Source of the DNA: an uncultured Eubacterium sp.
Lineage (GTDB): Bacteria > Bacillota > Clostridia > Oscillospirales > Acutalibacteraceae
Direction: 5' to 3'
Assembly: GCF_945980375.1 (NCBI RefSeq)
Contig: NZ_CAMFQO010000006.1
Location: 10,524-74,523, forward strand
Length of the DNA stretch: 64,000 nt
Below are positions 9,420 through 19,241 of this stretch, in pieces (position 1 is the stretch's first letter; each line of letters opens with the position of its first letter). The translations under genes were made by a program, and so were the position numbers. Below the pieces are notes generated by a model. That model was not told where the DNA came from. It saw only the letters and a program-made list of their open reading frames with translations, and searched no databases.

Positions 9420-10125
9420 TGAAAAAAGAGTGCAGTCTTGTATAGATAATTACAAAAGAATAAAAGAGGATGTTGCACAAACTGCAATAAAGGCAGGCAG
9501 AAGCGCCGATGATGTCAGGCTTATGTGCGTAACAAAAACAGTTGAGCCTGAATATATCAATCCTGTGCTTGATTTGGGTGCTGATTTGATTGGCGAAAAC
9601 AGAGTGCAGGAGTATTGCTCAAAGCTTGACTCCTTGCATCTTGACGGCGTGGAAAAGCATATTATCGGTCACCTGCAAACCAATAAGGTAAAATATATTG
9701 CAGGCAGGGTTGATATGATAGAATCTGTAGATTCTCTAAAGCTTGCAAGGGAAATCAGCAAGGAATTCAAAAAGGCAAATTCAACTGCAAATGTGCTTGT
9801 TGAGGTAAACATCGGCAGAGAGGAATCAAAAAGCGGATGCGATATTGATGAGCTTGAAGAGCTTTTGTATCAAATCAGCGAGCTTGATTGCATCAAGGTT
9901 AAGGGATTAATGACTATTCCGCCGATTTGCGACGAATTGCAGGCAAGAAAATATTTTGCCTTGATGAATAAAAAGTTCCTTGAGCTTAAGGAAAAGAAGA
10001 TTGACGGTGTTGAAATGCAAACTCTTTCTATGGGAATGAGCGCTGATTATGAGGCGGCTATTCTTGAGGGTTCAAACATTGTAAGAGTGGGTTCTGCTAT
10101 TTTCGGAGCCAGAAAATATTTTTAA
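9400..10125 (+). CDS. yggS: YggS/PROSC family pyridoxal phosphate homeostasis protein
   Basis: CVTKT (PLP lysine), GENRVQE, HIIGHLQTNKVK, LSMGMSADY, VRVGSAIFG; start set at ATG 9400. Confidence 0.95.
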   Translation: MDGFILDEKRVQSCIDNYKRIKEDVAQTAIKAGRSADDVRLMCVTKTVEPEYINPVLDLGADLIGENRVQEYCSKLDSLHLDGVEKHIIGHLQTNKVKYIAGRVDMIESVDSLKLAREISKEFKKANSTANVLVEVNIGREESKSGCDIDELEELLYQISELDCIKVKGLMTIPPICDELQARKYFALMNKKFLELKEKKIDGVEMQTLSMGMSADYEAAILEGSNIVRVGSAIFGARKYF

Positions 10126-10140
10126 CAAGGGGAAGAAAAG

Positions 10141-10623
10141 ATGGGATTATTTGATAAGATTAAAGACATTATGACCGACGAAGAGGATGATTTTGATGAT
10201 TACAATGAGGGCAGAGATTCCTTTGTTAAGCCTCCTCGCAGAAGAGAGAGGGATATAGATCCTCCTTTGCACGAAAAGGAGGAGAGAACAGAGCGCACAT
10301 CAAAGTTTTCAAGGAGCGACAAGGTTGTTAACATTCACACAACCGCACAGCTTCAGGTTGTTCTTGTAAAGCCCGAGGGCTTTGAGGAGGCGGCCTCCAT
10401 TGCGGATAATCTTAATGAAAGAAGAACCGTTGTTCTTAACCTTGAAAGCGCAAACAGAGATATAGCAAGAAGATTGCTTGATTTCCTTTCAGGTGTTGCT
10501 TATGCAAATAACGGTCAAATTAAGCGAGTTGCAAATTCAACATACATCATCACTCCGTACAATGTAGACGTTATGGGTGACTTGATTGATGAATTGGAAA
10601 ATAACGGAATGTTTACAATGTAA
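10141..10623 (+). CDS. sepF: Cell division protein SepF
   Basis: N-terminal amphipathic MGLFDKIKDIM; core VVLVKPEGFEEA..IADNL..RRTVVLNLE..RLLDFLSGVAYA; follows yggS. Confidence 0.95.
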   Translation: MGLFDKIKDIMTDEEDDFDDYNEGRDSFVKPPRRRERDIDPPLHEKEERTERTSKFSRSDKVVNIHTTAQLQVVLVKPEGFEEAASIADNLNERRTVVLNLESANRDIARRLLDFLSGVAYANNGQIKRVANSTYIITPYNVDVMGDLIDELENNGMFTM

Positions 10624-10635
10624 GAGGAGGATATT

Positions 10636-11874
10636 GTGATGATTAGTGCGAGGGATTTAAGAACGGCTGATTTGTCGGTAAAGGATGCAAATGCGTTGCT
10701 CAATGAGGCTGCGGATACTATTGAGGCTTATCAGCACGAAAACAAGGAGCTATACCATAAGCTTGAGGTTTTGGCGGCGAAGATTGAGGAGTATCGCTCT
10801 GAGGAGGACGCCATTAAAACAGCACTTGTTACTGCTCAAAAAATGGCAGATAAAATTAAGAAGGACTCAAGCGAGGCAGCTGCTCTTTTGATAGAAAGCA
10901 GTGAGGCAGAGGCAAAGGAAAAAATGGATTCTGCAAATTTAGAGGCAGAAGCTATTGTTAAGAAGGCAAGGGATTATTCGGCAAACCTCATTAACAACAA
11001 AACAAATGAGGCAAACGAGATGATCACTACCGCACAGAATAAGGCAAACGATGCTATCAGCTCATCAAAGATTGTTGCAAAGGATATTCTTGATCAGGCA
11101 AAGGCAATTTCGGACGACCTTATTTCAAAATCAAAGGCTGAAAAGGAAGCCTATGAAATTTTGATTTCAACCATAAAGAACGATGCAAAGGCATTTGTTG
11201 AAAGCCTTAAAAAGCTTTATGGCGAGCAGCTTGATATTCTTAATTCATCAAGGCTTGACACAACCTCAAGCGAGAATGAAGCTGCAACAAAAAATGTAGA
11301 GGATGTTCACAGCGATATTTCAAATCTTATCGACGAGGTTGATGAGCTTTCGAGTGCTATTCCGGAGGAAATAACAATTCCTGAAATTCCTCATAAGGAA
11401 TTTGACGACTCTGATGTTAAGGTTGAGGCACCTGTTTTTGAGCATAAGGATGAGCCTCAGGAGGATGATACAGAGCTTGATTTTGAGGAAATAGAGGAAA
11501 TTGATGATGTTGACGATGCCGACGAGGATACAGACGGCTTTACCGAGCTGACAGAGGAGCCGGCACAGGCACCTGTTATCATCGATGAGGACGAGGAGCT
11601 TCCCGATCCTATGGAGGCAGTTGAGGCATTTTCGCAAAACCAAATCACTCCTATTGATTCGGGCGCCTCAATTCCCGAAATAAACGACGAGCCTGAAATG
11701 GATGATCAGGAATCATTGTTTGACGATGACGATCAGCTTCCGTTTGAAAGCTATTTCAACGTTAAACGAGAGGATGTACATAACGACAAATCACAAACAA
11801 TTTCTTTGATTCCGCCTGAGGATGACGAAGACGATGAACCAAAGTTTAAGGGCTTTTTCAAAAAGAAAAAGTAA
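10636..11874 (+). CDS. divIVA: DivIVA-like coiled-coil protein with long acidic tail
   Basis: KIEEYRSEEDAIKTALVTAQKMAD matches the DivIVA coiled coil; position after yggS-sepF and before ileS; N-terminal loop atypical. Confidence 0.75.
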   Translation: MMISARDLRTADLSVKDANALLNEAADTIEAYQHENKELYHKLEVLAAKIEEYRSEEDAIKTALVTAQKMADKIKKDSSEAAALLIESSEAEAKEKMDSANLEAEAIVKKARDYSANLINNKTNEANEMITTAQNKANDAISSSKIVAKDILDQAKAISDDLISKSKAEKEAYEILISTIKNDAKAFVESLKKLYGEQLDILNSSRLDTTSSENEAATKNVEDVHSDISNLIDEVDELSSAIPEEITIPEIPHKEFDDSDVKVEAPVFEHKDEPQEDDTELDFEEIEEIDDVDDADEDTDGFTELTEEPAQAPVIIDEDEELPDPMEAVEAFSQNQITPIDSGASIPEINDEPEMDDQESLFDDDDQLPFESYFNVKREDVHNDKSQTISLIPPEDDEDDEPKFKGFFKKKK

Positions 11875-11906
11875 TATTATAACAAACTTGTAAGGAGCAA
11901 AAATAA

Positions 11907-14696
11907 ATGGATTACAATCAAACACTTAATCTGCCTAAAACCGATTTTCCAATGAGAGCATCTCTTCCTCAAAGAGAACCGGAATTTTTGAAAAAATGGT
12001 ATGAAAATGACCAATATCAACAGCTTATGAAGCACAATGACGGCAAGCCGTTGTTCGTTCTTCATGACGGTCCTCCGTATGCAAACGGTGATATTCATAT
12101 CGGTCACGCACTTAACAAAACACTTAAGGACTTTATCGTAAGATACAAGAATATGACAGGCTTTAAGTCACCGTATGTTCCGGGATGGGATACTCACGGT
12201 CTGCCTACCGAGCTTGCTGCCCGTAAAAAAGCAGGCATTTCTGCCGAAACAAATATTTCCGATTTAGAGCTTCGTAAGATTTGCAGAGAAACAGCACTTG
12301 GCTTTGTTGATTTGCAGAGAGAAAGCTTTAAGCGTATGGGAATTATCGGTGAGTGGGATAACCCTTATATTACTCTTCAAAAGGAATTTGAGAAGGAGCA
12401 AATTAAGGTGTTTGCTTCTATGGCTTCAAAGGGATATATCTACAAGGGTCTTAAGCCTGTGTATTGGTGTGCAGATTGTAACACGGCTCTTGCCGAGGCA
12501 GAGATTGAATATGCCGAGGACCCATGCCATTCAATTTATGTAAAGTTCAAGGTAACCGACGATATGGGCAAGCTTGCTGCACTCGGAGCAGAGCTTGACA
12601 AAACATATTTTGTTATCTGGACAACAACAACATGGACTCTTCCTGCTAACGTTGCTATTTGCGTTGGCCCTAATTATGAGTACAGTCTTCTTAAGGCTAA
12701 CGGTGAATATTATGTTATGGCTACCGACCTTGCACCTGTTGCAATGGCGGACGCAGGCATTACCGATTACGAAACAGTAGGTATCATTCGCGGTGACGAG
12801 CTTGAATATATGAAAACAGCACACCCGTTTATCGACAGAACATCACTTGTTATTGTCGGTGACCACGTAACATTGGAAAGCGGTACAGGCTGTGTACACA
12901 CTGCACCCGGTCACGGTGTTGACGACTTTATCGTATGCAAAAAATATAAGGAAATCCCTGTTGTTGTTCCTGTTGACGATAAGGGTATTCTTACAGAGGA
13001 GGCAGGTCAGTTTGCAGGCCTTTCAACAGAGGATGCAAACAAGCCTATTGCTCAGCATCTTGAAGAAATCGGTGCATTGTTTGCACTTAAAAAGATTAAG
13101 CACCAATATCCGCATTGTTGGAGATGCCACAAGCCCGTAATCTTTAGGGCAACATCACAGTGGTTCTGCTCTGTTGATGACTTTAAGGATGCCGCTGTTA
13201 AAGCAGCAGAGGATGTTAAGTGGTATCCCGAGTGGGGCAAGGACAGGCTTCAGTCTATGATAGTTGAGCGTGCAGACTGGTGTATTTCGCGTCAAAGAAA
13301 ATGGGGCGTGCCTATTCCTGTTTTGTATTGTCAGGATTGCGGCAAGGAAATTATTGACGAGGGAATTATGAACAAGGTTTCCGACATCTTCGGTCAGGAG
13401 GGCTCGGATGCTTGGTACGCACACGATGCAGAGTATTTTGTTCCCGATGGCTTCAAATGTCCTCATTGCGGCAGCGATAAGGGCTTTGATAAGGAAAAGG
13501 ACATTATGGATGTTTGGTTCGATTCGGGCTCATCTCACGCTGCTGTATGCAAGAACAGAGATTATCTTTCATGGCCGGCTGATGTTTACCTTGAGGGTGC
13601 AGACCAGTATCGCGGTTGGTTCCAGTCATCACTTCTTACATCTGTTGCAGGCGGCAACGGTGCTCCTTACAAGCAGATTATCACTCACGGCTGGACAGTA
13701 GACGGTGAGGGCAGAAAGATGTCTAAGTCGCTCGGCAACGGTATTGCACCGCAGGAGGTTATCGATAAGTACGGCGCAGATATTCTTCGTCTTTGGGTAG
13801 CATCTGCCGATTACCATGCAGATATCCGTATCAGTCCGGAAATCCTAAAGCAGATTTCGGACAATTACCGTAAGATCAGAAACACTGCAAGATATTGCCT
13901 CGGCAACCTTTATGACTTTAATCCTGATACAGATATGGTTGCAAATGAGGAGCTTGAGGAGCTTGACAAGTACGCATTGATGAAGCTTGATGAGGTTCTT
14001 GCAGTTGCTCATAAGGGCTATAATGAATACGAGTATCACACAACCGCACATGCACTTCACAATTTCTGTGTTGTTGATATGTCAAATTTCTACTTTGATG
14101 TTTTGAAGGACAGACTTTATACCTCTGCTCCTCAGTCAAAGAGCAGAAGAGCTGCACAAACAGTTCTTTACAAGGTTCTTGACGCACTTTGCCTCGTTCT
14201 TACTCCTATTCTTGCATTTACCTGTGATGAAATTTGGAGAGAGATGCCTCACGATTCATCAAGAAATCCGGAGTCACCGCTCTTTAACGATATTCCGCAG
14301 GGTAATTATATTGATGCCGATGAGCAGTTCATTGCAAAGTGGGATAGAATTCACGAAATCAGAACCGATGTTCAAAAGGCACTTGAGCTTGCCCGTAACG
14401 AAAAGATTATCGGTAAGCCGCTTGAGGCAAAGATCACCCTTCATGCAGACGGCGAGCTTGCAGATTTCTTAAAGTCAGAGGTTGATGCTCTTCCTGAAAT
14501 ATTCATCACATCGGCAGTAGAGGTTGCTGACGGCAAGGGTGAGTTTGCAGGTGATGTTGCCGGCTTGTCTGTAACAGTAAGCAAGGCAGAGGGTGAAAAG
14601 TGCGAGCGTTGCTGGAAATTCTCTGACACGGTAGGTCAGGATAGCGAGCATCCTACTCTTTGCAGGTGCTGTGCCGACACTATGAAGCAATTATAA
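11907..14696 (+). CDS. ileS: Isoleucine--tRNA ligase (type 1)
   Basis: PYANGDIHIGH, WCISRQR, KMSKS, C-terminal CERCW...CRCC zinc motif. Confidence 0.98.
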   Translation: MDYNQTLNLPKTDFPMRASLPQREPEFLKKWYENDQYQQLMKHNDGKPLFVLHDGPPYANGDIHIGHALNKTLKDFIVRYKNMTGFKSPYVPGWDTHGLPTELAARKKAGISAETNISDLELRKICRETALGFVDLQRESFKRMGIIGEWDNPYITLQKEFEKEQIKVFASMASKGYIYKGLKPVYWCADCNTALAEAEIEYAEDPCHSIYVKFKVTDDMGKLAALGAELDKTYFVIWTTTTWTLPANVAICVGPNYEYSLLKANGEYYVMATDLAPVAMADAGITDYETVGIIRGDELEYMKTAHPFIDRTSLVIVGDHVTLESGTGCVHTAPGHGVDDFIVCKKYKEIPVVVPVDDKGILTEEAGQFAGLSTEDANKPIAQHLEEIGALFALKKIKHQYPHCWRCHKPVIFRATSQWFCSVDDFKDAAVKAAEDVKWYPEWGKDRLQSMIVERADWCISRQRKWGVPIPVLYCQDCGKEIIDEGIMNKVSDIFGQEGSDAWYAHDAEYFVPDGFKCPHCGSDKGFDKEKDIMDVWFDSGSSHAAVCKNRDYLSWPADVYLEGADQYRGWFQSSLLTSVAGGNGAPYKQIITHGWTVDGEGRKMSKSLGNGIAPQEVIDKYGADILRLWVASADYHADIRISPEILKQISDNYRKIRNTARYCLGNLYDFNPDTDMVANEELEELDKYALMKLDEVLAVAHKGYNEYEYHTTAHALHNFCVVDMSNFYFDVLKDRLYTSAPQSKSRRAAQTVLYKVLDALCLVLTPILAFTCDEIWREMPHDSSRNPESPLFNDIPQGNYIDADEQFIAKWDRIHEIRTDVQKALELARNEKIIGKPLEAKITLHADGELADFLKSEVDALPEIFITSAVEVADGKGEFAGDVAGLSVTVSKAEGEKCERCWKFSDTVGQDSEHPTLCRCCADTMKQL

Positions 14697-14711
14697 TAAT
14701 GTATAATCTGT

Positions 14712-14733
14712 GGGAGGGGTGTTTGCTCCTCCC
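14712..14733 (+). other. GC-rich intergenic hairpin between ileS and lspA, no U-tract
   Basis: GGGAGGGG ... CTCCTCCC, 8-bp stem with one G-U pair. Confidence 0.45.
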
Positions 14734-14745
14734 CAAAGGGTGTAT

Positions 14746-15243
14746 ATGAAGCATTTAACAAAGCATATTTCCTGCACAATAATGATTGTCCTTATTGTTG
14801 CGTTTGACCAAATAACTAAATATTTTGCTTCATTAAGGCTAAGCGACGGAGATGTTGTCGGCTTTATTCCCGGAGTTGTTCGGTTTAGGTATGCCGAAAA
14901 TACAGGTATGGCTTTTTCAATGCTTAGCGGAGCAAGGTGGGTGTTCATTGTGCTCACCGTCTGCGTGTGCGTTGGAGTGCTGTATTACCTGTTCTCAAAC
15001 CGGTGCAAAAGCCTGTGGCTTTATTGGAGCCTCGGCGTTGTTGTTTCTGGCGGTATAGGCAATCTTATAGATAGGATTTGCTACGGGTATGTTGTTGATT
15101 TTATTGAGCCTACCTTTGTTGACTTTGCCGTGTTTAATATTGCCGATTGTGCCGTAACCTGCGGCGCAGTTGTCCTTATCGGTTATCTTTTGATAGACGC
15201 CTTTAAGGATGCAAAAAAGCCAAAGGAGAATACCGATGGCTGA
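14746..15243 (+). CDS. lspA: Lipoprotein signal peptidase II
   Basis: DQITK, NTGMAFS, GGIGNLIDR, VVDFI, FNIAD; start set at ATG 14746. Confidence 0.96.
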   Translation: MKHLTKHISCTIMIVLIVAFDQITKYFASLRLSDGDVVGFIPGVVRFRYAENTGMAFSMLSGARWVFIVLTVCVCVGVLYYLFSNRCKSLWLYWSLGVVVSGGIGNLIDRICYGYVVDFIEPTFVDFAVFNIADCAVTCGAVVLIGYLLIDAFKDAKKPKENTDG

Positions 15244-16150
15244 TAATTATACCTTCGTTGTTCAAAATGCAGGGGTAAGAATAGACAGGTTTTTAACCGA
15301 TAATATTCCGGAGATTACCCGCAGTGCAGTTCAAAAAATAATTGATGAGGCAAATGTCACCGTTAACGGTGAGGTTGTGCCGAAAAACTATAAGTGCAGA
15401 GTGGGCGACAATGTTGATGTTACAGTGCCCGATGCAAAGCCTCTTGAGGCAGTTGGGCAAAATATACCTATTGACATTGTGTACGAGGATGAGCATCTTC
15501 TGGTAGTAAATAAACCAAAGGGAATGGTTGTTCATCCTGCAAACGGCAACCCCGACGGCACCCTTGTAAATGCCCTGCTTTATCATTGCGGTGACAGCCT
15601 GTCGGGCATAAATGGTGTTATACGACCGGGCATAGTGCACAGGATAGATAAGGACACATCCGGATTGCTGATAGTTGCCAAAAGTGATAAGGCGCATATA
15701 GGTCTTGCACAGCAGATTAAGGATCACAGCTTTTCAAGAGCATACGAGGCTGTTGTGTACGGCAATATAAAAGAAGACAGCGGTACCGTTTGTCAGCCTA
15801 TCGGCAGGGATACCAAGGACAGAAAGCGTATGGCAGTCACTATGAAAAATTCAAAGCCTGCTACTACACACTACGAGGTAATAAAGCGATACGGTGATTT
15901 TACTCACGTTCGCTGTGTGCTTGAAACCGGCAGAACTCATCAAATAAGAGTGCATATGGCATATTTGGGACATCCTGTTGCGGGCGATGCAGTGTACGGT
16001 CCGCGTAAGGTGATAACACGGCTTAACGGTCAGTGCCTGCACGCAAAGCATATTGGCTTTGTTCATCCTGTAACAAACGAGTATTTGGAGTTTGAAAGTG
16101 ATCTTCCCGAATACTTTACATCATTTTTGAATTATTTGGAAAACAGATAG
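15236..16150 (+). CDS. rluD: RluA/RluD family 23S rRNA pseudouridine synthase
   Basis: N-terminal S4 domain, NKPKGMVVHP, HRIDKDTSG catalytic motif, GRTHQIRVH; start at ATG 15236 after GGAG. Confidence 0.93.
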   Translation: MADNYTFVVQNAGVRIDRFLTDNIPEITRSAVQKIIDEANVTVNGEVVPKNYKCRVGDNVDVTVPDAKPLEAVGQNIPIDIVYEDEHLLVVNKPKGMVVHPANGNPDGTLVNALLYHCGDSLSGINGVIRPGIVHRIDKDTSGLLIVAKSDKAHIGLAQQIKDHSFSRAYEAVVYGNIKEDSGTVCQPIGRDTKDRKRMAVTMKNSKPATTHYEVIKRYGDFTHVRCVLETGRTHQIRVHMAYLGHPVAGDAVYGPRKVITRLNGQCLHAKHIGFVHPVTNEYLEFESDLPEYFTSFLNYLENR

Positions 16151-16151
16151 T

Positions 16152-17009
16152 ATGGAAAGAACCTTTGAGAATTGGTTGGTTGTGTCTGATATAGACGGAA
16201 CCTTAAACAATAAAATAAGAAAGCTTCCAAGGCGAAACTATAACGCTATCAAGGAATTTACCGAGCGCGGAGGAAATTTTACTCTTGCGTCCGGTAGATT
16301 GCAGTCGAGCCTTGAACGAAACTATAATCGCATTACTCCCAATCAGCCTGCCATTGTGCTTAACGGTGCAGGTATATACGATTTTGATAAGAGAGAAATG
16401 ATTTGGCGTTCTACTATAGGTGAAAAGGGCAGGGAGTTTGTAAAATACATATCCGAGGAGTTTGACGAGATTTTTAAGAGCGTTGACATCGGTGTGTATT
16501 TTGACGATTATGTTTATATTGTAAGAAACGGTCTGCTTTCAAATGTAACTATGCTTGGCGACAAAGCAAAGTATGAGATTGTAAAATCGGTTGACGACGT
16601 TCCCAAAGAGGGCTGGATGAAGGTAATATTTTGGTCAAATCCCTTTACCATTGAAAAGCTTCGCAAGGTAATTTCTACTCTTGAAAATCCCGATGCAAAC
16701 TTTATGTTGTCATCAATTCTTACCCTCGAGATGCTTCAAAAGGACACTCATAAGGGAGTGGGTATTATGAAGCTTGCCGATATGTTGGGCATTGAAAAAA
16801 GCCATGTAGCCGCAATCGGTGATTATTATAACGATTGGGATATGCTGCAAACCGTTGGCTTGCCTGCCTGTGCCGGACAGGCACCAAGCTCTATTCATAA
16901 GATTTGCAAGTTTGAGGCTTGTCACTGTAATAAAGGCTGTGTTGCTGACCTGCTTGAATACATAATGAGTGGAAGGGCAGACGAGGATATTATCAGCGGA
17001 AAAATATAA
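16152..17009 (+). CDS. Cof-type HAD-IIB family hydrolase
   Basis: DIDGTL motif I, ASGR, HKG..., GDYYND motif IV. Confidence 0.9.
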   Translation: MERTFENWLVVSDIDGTLNNKIRKLPRRNYNAIKEFTERGGNFTLASGRLQSSLERNYNRITPNQPAIVLNGAGIYDFDKREMIWRSTIGEKGREFVKYISEEFDEIFKSVDIGVYFDDYVYIVRNGLLSNVTMLGDKAKYEIVKSVDDVPKEGWMKVIFWSNPFTIEKLRKVISTLENPDANFMLSSILTLEMLQKDTHKGVGIMKLADMLGIEKSHVAAIGDYYNDWDMLQTVGLPACAGQAPSSIHKICKFEACHCNKGCVADLLEYIMSGRADEDIISGKI

Positions 17010-17021
17010 AAATGCAAAATA

Positions 17022-17060
17022 AAAATCACTATGGAATGAACAAACATCCATAGTGATTTT
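17022..17060. terminator. Bidirectional intrinsic terminator between convergent Cof gene and purB
   Basis: Perfect 14-bp inverted repeat AAAATCACTATGGA / TCCATAGTGATTTT. Confidence 0.85.
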
Positions 17061-17071
17061 ATTATGTTCTG

Positions 17072-18505
17072 TTATACGTTGATTTCAACCTCAACACCGA
17101 GAAGGTCCTTGTTTTCCTCAAGTATCGGTGCGACAACCTCTTTTAAGAAATCGGCTGTTTGCTCCGGTGCTCTTCCCACAAAGTTTGCAGGCTTAAGGAT
17201 AGCAAGTATTTCTTCCTTTGTTGTCATAAATGCAGGATCAGCGGCAATTCTGTCAACAAGATCGTTTTGTCCGCCCTCAACCTTTACAACTGCACCTGCA
17301 GCCATTGAGTGCTGACGGATTTTTTCGTGAAGCTCCTGTCTGTCGCCGCCCTTCTTTACGGCATCCATCATTATGTTTTCGGTTGCCATAAACGGAAGCT
17401 CGCTCATAAGTCTTGCTTCAATAACCTTTGGATATACAACCAATCCGCTTGTAACATTGATGTAAAGGTCAAGTATTCCGTCGATTGCAAGAAATGCCTC
17501 TGCAACGCTGACACGCTTGTTTGCACTGTCGTCGAGTGTTCTTTCAAACCACTGTGCAGATGCAGTCCAAGCAGGATTTAATGCATCAATCATTACATAT
17601 CTTGAAAGGGATGCAATTCTTTCGCTTCTCATAGGATTTCTTTTGTAGGCCATTGCCGATGAACCGATTTGATTCTTTTCAAACGGCTCCTCGATTTCCT
17701 TTAGATTTTGAAGAAGACGAAGGTCGTTAGAAAACTTGCAGCAGCTTTGAGCAATAAGTGCAAGGCAGTTGCAAACGATGGTGTCAAGCTTTCTTGCGTA
17801 GGTTTGTCCGCTTACGGGGAAGCATGCCTTGAAGCCCATTTTTTCTGCAATCTTTCTGTCAAGCTCCTTGCATTTTTCGTGGTCGCCGTCAAACAGCTCC
17901 AAAAAGCTTGCCTGTGTGCCTGTTGTACCCTTTGAGCCGAGAAGCATCAATGTGTCAAGCACGTGGTTAACCTCGTCAAGATCCATAACCAAATCCATTA
18001 GCCAAAGAGTTGCTCTTTTACCAACGGTTGTTGGCTGTGCAGGCTGAAAATGAGTAAAGCCAAGGCAAGGCATATCCTTGTACTCGTCGGCAAATTTTGC
18101 AACACTTGCTATTGCATTAACAAGCTTTTTCTTAACAAGCATAAGTGCCTCGCGCATGGTGATAACATCTGTGTTGTCACCGACATAGCAGGAGGTTGCA
18201 CCAAGGTGGATAATGCCCTTTGCGTTGGGGCATTGCTCACCGTATGCGTGAACGTGGCTCATAACATCGTGGCGGAATTTCTTTTCGTATTCCTGTGCTA
18301 CCTCGTAGTTTATGTCGTCAGCATGAGCCTTAAGCTCCTCGATTTGTTCTTTCGTTACATTTAATCCAAGCTCGTTTTCTGCTTCGGCAAGAGCAATCCA
18401 AAGCTTTCTCCAGGTCTTGAACTTAAAATCGGGAGAATAGATGTATTGCATTTCCTTGCTTGCATAACGGGCGTTAAACGGAGAATTGTAAGTATTGTTA
18501 TTCAT
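17072..18505 (-). CDS. purB: Adenylosuccinate lyase
   Basis: Fumarase-family signature GSSAMAYKRNPMRSE, THFQPAQPTT; adjacent to purC. Confidence 0.96.
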   Translation of the reverse strand: MNNNTYNSPFNARYASKEMQYIYSPDFKFKTWRKLWIALAEAENELGLNVTKEQIEELKAHADDINYEVAQEYEKKFRHDVMSHVHAYGEQCPNAKGIIHLGATSCYVGDNTDVITMREALMLVKKKLVNAIASVAKFADEYKDMPCLGFTHFQPAQPTTVGKRATLWLMDLVMDLDEVNHVLDTLMLLGSKGTTGTQASFLELFDGDHEKCKELDRKIAEKMGFKACFPVSGQTYARKLDTIVCNCLALIAQSCCKFSNDLRLLQNLKEIEEPFEKNQIGSSAMAYKRNPMRSERIASLSRYVMIDALNPAWTASAQWFERTLDDSANKRVSVAEAFLAIDGILDLYINVTSGLVVYPKVIEARLMSELPFMATENIMMDAVKKGGDRQELHEKIRQHSMAAGAVVKVEGGQNDLVDRIAADPAFMTTKEEILAILKPANFVGRAPEQTADFLKEVVAPILEENKDLLGVEVEINV

Positions 18506-19215
18506 TAGTTAAGTCCTACTCTTTTCATCATTTCTTCGTATGCTTCTTCAACACCACCGAGGTCGCGGCGGAATCTGTCCTTGTCAAGCTTTTCGTGAGT
18601 CTTAATGTCCCAGAAACGACAGGTGTCAGGGCTGATTTCGTCAGCCAAAACAATGGTGCCGTCAGCGGTCTTGCCAAATTCGAGCTTAAAGTCGATAAGC
18701 TCAACGCCGATTGAAGCAAAGTATTCTTTAAGTACATCGTTAACCTTGAATGCCATCTTCTTGATTGTTTCAACCTCGTCTGCAGTTGCAAAGCCGCAGG
18801 AAATTGCGTGATAGCTGTTAATCAATGGGTCACCGAGGTCGTCATCCTTGTATGAAAATTCAATTGAAGGGCAAACAAAATCCATACCCTCCTCAAGTCC
18901 GAGTCTCTTGCAGATTGAGCCGGCAGCTCTGTTACGGATAATAACCTCAAGAGGAACGATGGTAACCTTCTTAACAGCAGTTTCTCTGTCTGAAAGCTCC
19001 TCGATGAAATGTGTAGGAACACCGTTCTTCTCCAAAATCTGCATAAGGTAGTTGCTCATCTTGTTGTTTACAACACCTTTTCCTACGATGGTACCCTTCT
19101 TGATACCGTTAAATGCTGTTGCATCATCCTTGTAGTCAACGATAACAACGTTTTCGTCGTCGGTTGCCCAAACCTTTTTCGCCTTGCCCTCGTAGAGCTG
19201 CTCTGTCTTTGTCAT
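18505..19215 (-). CDS. purC: SAICAR synthase
   Basis: [42 protein letters not shown]. Confidence 0.97.
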   Translation of the reverse strand: MTKTEQLYEGKAKKVWATDDENVVIVDYKDDATAFNGIKKGTIVGKGVVNNKMSNYLMQILEKNGVPTHFIEELSDRETAVKKVTIVPLEVIIRNRAAGSICKRLGLEEGMDFVCPSIEFSYKDDDLGDPLINSYHAISCGFATADEVETIKKMAFKVNDVLKEYFASIGVELIDFKLEFGKTADGTIVLADEISPDTCRFWDIKTHEKLDKDRFRRDLGGVEEAYEEMMKRVGLN

Positions 19216-19241
19216 AGTAATCCTCCAAAATGATATGTCAT

